Below, one piece after another: positions 57,172-64,000 of a DNA stretch of 64,000 nt. How positions within the stretch are numbered: the first letter of the stretch is position 1; each line of letters starts with the position of its first letter. The DNA comes from Clostridia bacterium (GTDB lineage: Bacteria; Bacillota; Clostridia; UMGS1883). A program made the position numbers and the translations under genes. The notes below the pieces were generated by a model. That model did not search any database. It was not told the DNA's origin and was given only the letters and a program-made list of their open reading frames with translations. The DNA lies in assembly GCA_017411435.1 (NCBI GenBank), contig JAFQQD010000014.1, positions 20,783 to 84,782 of the forward strand. The letters run 5' to 3'.

Positions 57172-58587
57172 ATGAAAAAAATTTTTGTAACCCTTATATT
57201 TTTTATTTGCACTATTATTTGCATTAGCGTTAATGCAGAAAATGAAAGCAATGGTTATATTGTAAAAGTGAAAGAAGATTCGATTTCATTAATGTGCGTT
57301 ACTGATGAAATCACACATATAAGCGATAATCTATACCGTGCAGATAATCTAAATGACTTATATAGCGTTATACCTGCAGATTATATTGAAACTATTTTCC
57401 CTGATTACAAATTTGAATTATTTGACTTAGATTATCCGGATATAACCAGCGATATAGAATTTGATTCTCAATGGTATCTAGATAAAATTAATGCTGATTC
57501 TATCAGAAAAAAGGGCCTGTCAGGGGAAGGCGTGAAAATTGCTGTAATTGATAGCGGAATAAATTTTTCACACCCCGATTTTAATCAATCAAATATTTTA
57601 CAAGGATATAACTGCACTTTTGGCGCAGAAGATATAAACGATTATAACGACAATGTGGGGCACGGAACGATGGTTGCAGGCATCATTGCAGCCCAAACAG
57701 ACAATGAACTTGATATTGCAGGGATAGCAAGCAATACTCAAATTATTCCTATAAAAATAACAGACACAAATTCTCTAAATATTTCGAGTATATTTTTGGG
57801 ATTGGAAAAAGCATTAGAAACAGATTGCGATATAATTAATATGAGTTTTGGAGGGGCAATAACCGATGAAGAAGCTCTATCTGTTTTGAAAAGTTATATA
57901 GATAAAGCAGAAGAAAAAGGCATTATTGTTGTTGCTGCGGTTGGAAACAGTGGTCATACTGATAATGTTATGAATTATCCTGCCGGTTTTGACAATGTTA
58001 TTGGTGTTGGTTCTGTAGATGAGGATTTAACATCATCGTATTTTTCTCAAAAAAATGAAAGCGTGTTCATATCTGCTCCGGGTAATAATATTGTATCACT
58101 GTTCAAGAATAATTCTACAACAACAGGATTGGGAACATCGTTATCTGCACCTATTGTTACTGCGGTTATATCGATTATAAAAGAGGTTCGCCCGGAGTGT
58201 ACATTGCAGGAAATAAAAGAATTACTAAAAAATACTTCTTTGGATTGTGGAGCTAAAGGTTACGACACAAGCTATGGATATGGCGTATTAAACTTAGAGG
58301 GAATTGTTGAAGAAATAAGTGGTGATATACCGGAATTTATTGTTTCACAGGGTATTATAAATGCTAAAAAAAGAGTACATATACATAACAATTCTTCAAA
58401 AAACATATTAGCAAATGCCTTTTTTGCTTCATACGGAGACAATAATTGCTTGGAAAATATGGAGATCATTGAAAATATCAATCTAATTGATGGCGTAACT
58501 AATATTATTAACGAAAAAACTTATGGAAGCTTTTTCGTGTGGGACAAAAACCTCCGACCATATACAAAGAAGTATTCAATAAAATAA
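57172..58587 (+). CDS. Secreted subtilisin-like (S8) serine protease
   Basis: IAVIDSG, HGTMVAG, AAVGN, GTSLSAP catalytic motifs; signal peptide. Confidence 0.93.
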   Translation: MKKIFVTLIFFICTIICISVNAENESNGYIVKVKEDSISLMCVTDEITHISDNLYRADNLNDLYSVIPADYIETIFPDYKFELFDLDYPDITSDIEFDSQWYLDKINADSIRKKGLSGEGVKIAVIDSGINFSHPDFNQSNILQGYNCTFGAEDINDYNDNVGHGTMVAGIIAAQTDNELDIAGIASNTQIIPIKITDTNSLNISSIFLGLEKALETDCDIINMSFGGAITDEEALSVLKSYIDKAEEKGIIVVAAVGNSGHTDNVMNYPAGFDNVIGVGSVDEDLTSSYFSQKNESVFISAPGNNIVSLFKNNSTTTGLGTSLSAPIVTAVISIIKEVRPECTLQEIKELLKNTSLDCGAKGYDTSYGYGVLNLEGIVEEISGDIPEFIVSQGIINAKKRVHIHNNSSKNILANAFFASYGDNNCLENMEIIENINLIDGVTNIINEKTYGSFFVWDKNLRPYTKKYSIK

Positions 58588-58596
58588 TGTAAATTT

Positions 58597-58637
58597 AAAG
58601 GTCATAACTTGCCTTCAAAGCAAGCTATGACCTTTTT
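58597..58637. terminator. Bidirectional terminator at the right end of the island
   Basis: aaaggtcataacttgc...gcaagctatgacctttt. Confidence 0.75.
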
Positions 58638-59482
58638 TATAATTTCAATATTTTATCTTTATACTTCATCACTGTCGCATAGCCGATATCATACATTTCC
58701 TGAATTTTCTCAGGCCTTCTCTCCGTGCGTTTCCACCCTGAAGTATCTTCCTCAGGTGCAATCAGTATGATTTTGCCTTCTTTTTCAAGCTCTAATAGTT
58801 CATGATGTCTGTCGTTATACATTTCTGTACGCGTTTCAAGTGCCCTTTTAAGCCCCTCATACTTTCTGTACAAAAATCCGCTTATGCCCAATCCTGCTTC
58901 CTTGCTCTTTATGTAACTGCGCTCTCTCGTAATGATTACAACGGTTTTGTCACAGCCTTCATCAAGCGCTTTGCGGAAGGGGATAGGCTCAGTGATGCCG
59001 CCATCCATATAAAGTTCCCCGCCAATTTCAACGGGCTGGAACATTATCGGAAGTGCGCAGCTTGCCACAACAACTTTCCATTCCTTATCATCGCTTGTAA
59101 CAGGATGGTATTCACACTTACCCGTTTTGATGTTGGTAAGCGCAGCCAGAACCTTGCAACCCGATTTGTCAAACGCTTCCTTATCAAAAGGGATAAGTTT
59201 GTTGGGAAGTTCGCCAAAAACAAAATCCACATTGTAATAACTGCGCTTTTTAGGGTTTATAAGATGGCGGAATCCCATATATCTTTTGTCGTTTAAGTAT
59301 TCAAGACCAATTTTAAGACCGCGTCCGCGCTGATTTGACACAAACGAAACCCCGTTTGCAATACCTGCCGATGTGCCGACAAGTAAATCAGCCTTAAAAC
59401 CTATGTCGATGAGAGCATCAAGTGCACCTACGGTAAAATAACCGCGGCTTGCACCACCCTCTAAAACAAGACCTGTTTTCAT
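58637..59482 (-). CDS. Patatin-like phospholipase family protein
   Basis: LEGGASRG, GTSAG, DGG motifs. Confidence 0.92.
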   Translation of the reverse strand: MKTGLVLEGGASRGYFTVGALDALIDIGFKADLLVGTSAGIANGVSFVSNQRGRGLKIGLEYLNDKRYMGFRHLINPKKRSYYNVDFVFGELPNKLIPFDKEAFDKSGCKVLAALTNIKTGKCEYHPVTSDDKEWKVVVASCALPIMFQPVEIGGELYMDGGITEPIPFRKALDEGCDKTVVIITRERSYIKSKEAGLGISGFLYRKYEGLKRALETRTEMYNDRHHELLELEKEGKIILIAPEEDTSGWKRTERRPEKIQEMYDIGYATVMKYKDKILKL

Positions 59483-59496
59483 AATAATCTGCCTCT

Positions 59497-60366
59497 TTAT
59501 AAATTCTTCAAATCTTCTCTGATTTGTTCGGTTAATTTTTCTAAGTTTTCAAATTTAATCTCGGGACGGATAAATTTGATGAATTCAATTTTTATTTTCT
59601 TTCCGTACAAATTGCCTTCAAAATCAGGAATATATGTTTCCGTACGGACCGATTTATCACAAACCGTGGGGTTTGTGCCTGCATTTGTAATGGCATCATA
59701 ACATTTAGCGTCTACTGTAACAAGTGTTTTGTAAACACCGTTTTTAAGCTGTGCGGCTTTATCGTCAAAAAACACATTCGCGGTAGGGAACCCAATCTTT
59801 CTGCCAAGCTTTTTACCCTCAGAGACGGTTCCTTCTATAAAGAAGTTTCTGCCTAAAAGATTGTTTGCAAGAGATATTTCACCCTCGGCTAAAAGTCCTC
59901 TTATCCGGCTTGAGGATATGCTCTCTCCGTTATACATCTGGCAGGGAGCAACCAAGACCTCAAACCCGTGGCGTTTGCCCTCTTTCATCAGTAAATCCGT
60001 ATCTCCGCGCCCATTTTTGCCGAATCGGTAGTTGTATCCGCATACGGCATATTTTATATTATATTTCCCCACAAGAATTTTTTCTATAAATACTTCGGGC
60101 TCCACAGAAAGAAGCGCTTTATCTGTTGGCAGAAATTCTGCCTTGGCTCCAAGTGAGGTTATGATAGCCTCTTTTTCCGCATTGCTTGTCAGATAGCACA
60201 TATGGTTACCTGAAAGTATCTCGAGCGGTGATTTATCAAAGCTCAGCGCGATGGGGATAAGGTTATTCAGTTCTGCATAGCGTACGGCACTTTCAATGAT
60301 TTTTTGATGCGCTATATGAACACCATCAAAAAATCCAAGTGCTATTGCACTGCCCTTTCCTATCAT
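59497..60366 (-). CDS. ribF: Riboflavin kinase/FAD synthetase
   Basis: GFFDGVHIAH, ISSSRIR, GFPTAN motifs. Confidence 0.95.
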   Translation of the reverse strand: MIGKGSAIALGFFDGVHIAHQKIIESAVRYAELNNLIPIALSFDKSPLEILSGNHMCYLTSNAEKEAIITSLGAKAEFLPTDKALLSVEPEVFIEKILVGKYNIKYAVCGYNYRFGKNGRGDTDLLMKEGKRHGFEVLVAPCQMYNGESISSSRIRGLLAEGEISLANNLLGRNFFIEGTVSEGKKLGRKIGFPTANVFFDDKAAQLKNGVYKTLVTVDAKCYDAITNAGTNPTVCDKSVRTETYIPDFEGNLYGKKIKIEFIKFIRPEIKFENLEKLTEQIREDLKNL

Positions 60367-61265
60367 TTATAAAACCCCTTTATAAGCTTCAAACATTCGC
60401 GCCCGTTCTCCTCTTGTGACATAGCCGCCATGGAAAGAGCGATAAATTCGCCGTTCTCGTCATATAGAAGGTAAAACTTGCCCTGCTCTTTACCGCGGTA
60501 GAATATAGAAACTCCATTCTTGACGCGGTCTGCACGCTTTTTATCGAGATAGATTTTATCGTATTCTTTGAAAAATGAGTCGAGAGGTAAAAGCGCCTTA
60601 TGAGCCTCTCCCTTTTCGGAAAGAACATTAAGCTCTTCCGGAGTAATTGAGTTTTCAATTGTAAAATCCCCCGATGAAGTTCTTTCAAGCTCGCTTATAC
60701 ACGCACCACAGCCGAGAGCATCACCGATATCGCTTGCAAGTGTGCGTATATATGTACCCTTACTGCAATGCACATCTATTGTGATATAGGGGAGGTCGAT
60801 TGAAATAATATCAATGGAAAATACAGTTATATCACGCGGCTCGCGCTTTATATCAATTCCCTGGCGCGCAAGTGTGTAAAGACGCTGTCCGTTTACCTGA
60901 ATTGCGCTGTACATAGGCGGTATTTGCGAAATATTGCCGACAAATTTTTTGACAGCGTTTTTAATTTCGTCCTCGGTAACATTTACTTCATTTTTTTCAA
61001 GGACAGTCCCTGACATATCAAGAGTGTCGGTCCTTGTGCCGAGAAGAACTTTTGCGCGGTAGCGCTTATCCTCGGCTGTCAGAAACTCTGCCGCCCTTGT
61101 AGCCGTTCCTACAAGAATAGGCAGAACACCACTTGCATCGGGGTCGAGAGTTCCCGTATGACCAACCTTTTTCATATTAAGTGCACGCCTCACAATACCC
61201 ACGCATCTGTGCGAAGATATTCCAATCGGCTTATTAAGAATTATAATTCCACTGTATTCTTTCAT
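60363..61265 (-). CDS. truB: tRNA pseudouridine(55) synthase
   Basis: KVGHTGTLDP, QIPPMYSA, CSKGTYIR motifs. Confidence 0.97.
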   Translation of the reverse strand: MKEYSGIIILNKPIGISSHRCVGIVRRALNMKKVGHTGTLDPDASGVLPILVGTATRAAEFLTAEDKRYRAKVLLGTRTDTLDMSGTVLEKNEVNVTEDEIKNAVKKFVGNISQIPPMYSAIQVNGQRLYTLARQGIDIKREPRDITVFSIDIISIDLPYITIDVHCSKGTYIRTLASDIGDALGCGACISELERTSSGDFTIENSITPEELNVLSEKGEAHKALLPLDSFFKEYDKIYLDKKRADRVKNGVSIFYRGKEQGKFYLLYDENGEFIALSMAAMSQEENGRECLKLIKGFYK

Positions 61266-62221
61266 AATTTCTCCAGTTCTTCAACGAGGGCTTTTTCAGC
61301 ATCGTCTATTGAAGAGTTAGTAAATGTACAACCTGCTGCCTTTTTGTGACCGCCGCCACCGAATTTTCGTGCAACAGGTTCAATATTGTAATCTCCGAGA
61401 CTGCGAAGGCTTACGCGGATATCTCCCTCTGGAAGTTCCTTTAAGAATGCGCTTATCATAACGCCGTCTATACTTCTTGGGATTTGTGCAAGTGCTTCAG
61501 TATCACTACGCTTGGCACCGTGTTTTTCCATAATTTCGTTTGTTATTTTTGCAGTCGCGATTTTGCCATCCTTATATAACTTAATAGAGTTAATAAGCTC
61601 TGCCTGAAGGCGGAGTTGTGTGATGGAGTTTCTTTCATAAAGCATACTGCAAAGATATGTTGTGTTAATTCCCGTTTCGTAAAGCTCAATCAGAATTTCG
61701 TATGTGCGGCGGTTAACCGATGCATACTGGAATGAACCCGTATCAGACGACATTGCACAGTAAAGATATTGGGCAATGTCTTTTGTTATCTCGAAACCAC
61801 CCTCGGCAAGAAATTCATATATAAGCTCGCCAGTTGAACTGCGCGAGGGTTCAATATGACTTATTTTCGCAAATTCTCCATTTGGATGATGGTGGTCAAT
61901 ACAAACTGTATTTTCTTTTCCTTCAAAAAACTGTCCCCAACTGCCTATTCTGTCGCTGTTTCCGACATCTAACGCACAGTAGCACTCGTAATCGGGCGCA
62001 TATGCTTCTTCTGTGAATGTAATTACATCTGTTTCAAGGAAAGAGAGATGCCTTGAAAGCTCTTTTTCTGTAAAAACATCTGCCTTGATACCACTCTGAC
62101 GAAGAGCACAACGAAGTGCCATAGCACTGCCGATACAGTCCCAGTCGGGATTTTCGTGAACGAAAATTGCAACACTTTTACTTTTTTTAATTTGAGCGAT
62201 TACTTCTTTCATCTGCCTCAA
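61262..62221 (-). CDS. nrnA: DHH family oligoribonuclease/PAP phosphatase NrnA
   Basis: H.NPD.D, IDHH, SDTG.F, GGGH..AAG motifs; conserved position between rbfA and truB. Confidence 0.9.
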   Translation of the reverse strand: MRQMKEVIAQIKKSKSVAIFVHENPDWDCIGSAMALRCALRQSGIKADVFTEKELSRHLSFLETDVITFTEEAYAPDYECYCALDVGNSDRIGSWGQFFEGKENTVCIDHHHPNGEFAKISHIEPSRSSTGELIYEFLAEGGFEITKDIAQYLYCAMSSDTGSFQYASVNRRTYEILIELYETGINTTYLCSMLYERNSITQLRLQAELINSIKLYKDGKIATAKITNEIMEKHGAKRSDTEALAQIPRSIDGVMISAFLKELPEGDIRVSLRSLGDYNIEPVARKFGGGGHKKAAGCTFTNSSIDDAEKALVEELEKL

Positions 62222-62562
62222 TCCTTACTTATATCGTTAAGAAGTTTGTTGATGTGTGCGCCATACTCAATTGATGTATCAAGTTCAAAAGAAAATTCAG
62301 GCACACAGCGAAGTTTGATGCGACCGCCAATCTCACGGCGAACAAAGCCTGCCGCCTGTGAAAGCGCCTTTATAGCATCCTTCTTTTCCTCATCTGTTCC
62401 CATAATGCTGATATATGCCTTTGCATAACTCAAATCGTTTGTGACATTTACATTTACAACGCTTGTCATCATGGGAATTCTGGGGTCCTTGAGGTCACGG
62501 ATGACACTCGAGAGCTCCTTTTTTATTTCTTCTGAAATTCTGTCAGTTCTCTTAAAAGACAT
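62218..62562 (-). CDS. rbfA: 30S ribosome-binding factor A
   Basis: KDPR, DLSYAK.Y, GF.R..IG.R..LR..PE..F..D motifs. Confidence 0.96.
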   Translation of the reverse strand: MSFKRTDRISEEIKKELSSVIRDLKDPRIPMMTSVVNVNVTNDLSYAKAYISIMGTDEEKKDAIKALSQAAGFVRREIGGRIKLRCVPEFSFELDTSIEYGAHINKLLNDISKD

Positions 62563-62639
62563 ACTGTTTCCCTTCTTTCAAAAATAAGTAAATGGAGTTT
62601 TTACCCATTTACTTATTTTATCTTCGTTTCGTAAATTTA

Positions 62640-64000
62640 TTAGCGAGCGACTTCTTCCATTACAAAGCACTCTACATTGTCGCCTTCTTTGATGTCGTTA
62701 AAGCGGACAAAGCCCATACCACATTCGTAGCCGCTTGCCACTTCCTTGACATCGTCCTTAAAGCGCTTGAGTGAATCAAGTTCGCCCTCGTGGATTACGA
62801 TACCGTCACGAACGATTCTTACGCTGCAGTTACGCTGAATCTTGCCGTCAGTAACATAACAGCCACCGATTGTACCAACCCCGCTTACTTTGAAGGTCTG
62901 ACGGATTTCAGCATGACCGATAACAGCTTCGCGGAATGTAGGTGCAAGCATACCCTTCATAGCGGCTTCAATCTCTTCGATAGCTTCGTAGATTACGCGG
63001 TACATACGCATATCGACCTTGTTAAGTTCAGCTGCATTTCTGCCACCGACATCGGGACGAACATTAAAGCCTACGATAATTGCATTTGATGCAGATGCAA
63101 GTGTTACATCACTTTCAGTAATAGCACCTACAGCACCGTGAATAACGCGTACGCGTACTTCTTCATTTGAAATCTTTTCAAGGCTCTGTCTTACAGCCTC
63201 AACACTACCCTGAACATCGGCCTTAACGATAATATTAAGGTCTTTTACATCGCCCTCCTGAATCTGGCTGAAGAGGTCTTCAAGGTTAACGCGCTGTCTT
63301 TGTTTGTTAGCCTCATCCTTAATTTTCTGTTTTCTTGTTTCAACGACATGGCGTGCAGCACGCTCATCTTCTACTACGAAGAAGGGATCGCCACCGTCAG
63401 GAGTTTCGCTGAGTCCTACAATTTCGACCGGAGTAGAGGGAAGTGCTTCTTTAATCTTCTTTCCGCGGTCATCAACCATTGCTCTGACACGACCTACTGC
63501 AGTACCTGTTACGATGATATCACCCTGTTTGAGAGTACCGTTCTGAACAAGAACTGTTGCAACGGGACCGCGACCTTTATCAAGTTTAGCCTCGATAACA
63601 GTACCTCTTGCTTTACGGTTGGGGTTAGCCTTAAGCTCCTTAACCTCTGCAGTAAGGAGTACCATTTCGAGAAGTGAATCAATATTCATGCGCTGTTTAG
63701 CACTTACTTCAACACAGATTACATCGCCGCCCCATTCTTCGGGAACAAGACCGTGTTCGGTAAGTTCCTGCTTAACTCTGTCGGGGTTAGCGCCTTCCTT
63801 ATCAATCTTGTTGATTGCAACGATAATGCTTACTTCAGCAGCCTTTGCGTGGTTAATAGCCTCAATAGTCTGGGGCATGATACCGTCATCTGCCGCAACA
63901 ACAAGAATTGCAATATCTGTAACAAGAGCACCGCGGGCACGCATTGCAGTAAATGCTTCGTGACCTGGTGTATCAAGGAATGCAATCTGATTGCCATTGA
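62640..64000 (-). CDS. infB: Translation initiation factor IF-2; start lies beyond the window end
   Basis: [30 protein letters not shown] motifs. Confidence 0.98.
   Translation of the reverse strand, partial: NGNQIAFLDTPGHEAFTAMRARGALVTDIAILVVAADDGIMPQTIEAINHAKAAEVSIIVAINKIDKEGANPDRVKQELTEHGLVPEEWGGDVICVEVSAKQRMNIDSLLEMVLLTAEVKELKANPNRKARGTVIEAKLDKGRGPVATVLVQNGTLKQGDIIVTGTAVGRVRAMVDDRGKKIKEALPSTPVEIVGLSETPDGGDPFFVVEDERAARHVVETRKQKIKDEANKQRQRVNLEDLFSQIQEGDVKDLNIIVKADVQGSVEAVRQSLEKISNEEVRVRVIHGAVGAITESDVTLASASNAIIVGFNVRPDVGGRNAAELNKVDMRMYRVIYEAIEEIEAAMKGMLAPTFREAVIGHAEIRQTFKVSGVGTIGGCYVTDGKIQRNCSVRIVRDGIVIHEGELDSLKRFKDDVKEVASGYECGMGFVRFNDIKEGDNVECFVMEEVAR

Noticed and set aside
41976-58587. 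Prophage or ICE
   Set aside because: No phage, relaxase or T4SS genes; the recombinase lacks an arm-binding domain; no attL/attR direct repeats were spotted by eye.
1-64000. Many short antisense or overlapping ORFs in the six-frame track
   Set aside because: They are shadows of well-supported genes and lack RBS or recognisable motifs.

Overview
Chromosomal segment of a low-GC Firmicute, Clostridia-like by gene content and sigma-A promoters/RBS. From left to right: the end of a sugar-utilisation locus; an 11-gene organic-acid catabolic operon (citrate-lyase-like CitDEF, U32-like TIM barrel, split Fe-S hydro-lyase, GldA-like dehydrogenase, MmgE/PrpD, FAD oxidoreductase + EtfBA); and housekeeping, transport and cell-wall genes. 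An AT-richer ~17 kb cell-surface island (about 41.9-58.6 kb) follows, and the window ends in the infB-rbfA-nrnA-truB-ribF operon. The main finding is a tyrosine recombinase followed by two inverted 28-bp dif-like (11-6-11) sites. These bracket a 257-bp segment holding a near-consensus sigma-A promoter that currently points away from a ~2,520-aa Ig-repeat surface protein and its SLH/LRR/VWA/subtilase operon, which suggests a phase-variation switch caught in the OFF state. The giant protein ends mid-domain, and the next SLH protein begins with what looks like the missing beta-strand, a possible donor-strand anchoring. Several small non-autonomous repeats (MITE-like) sit in or next to terminators. 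No rRNA, tRNA or CRISPR array was seen. All calls are by motif recognition only; no database search was run.
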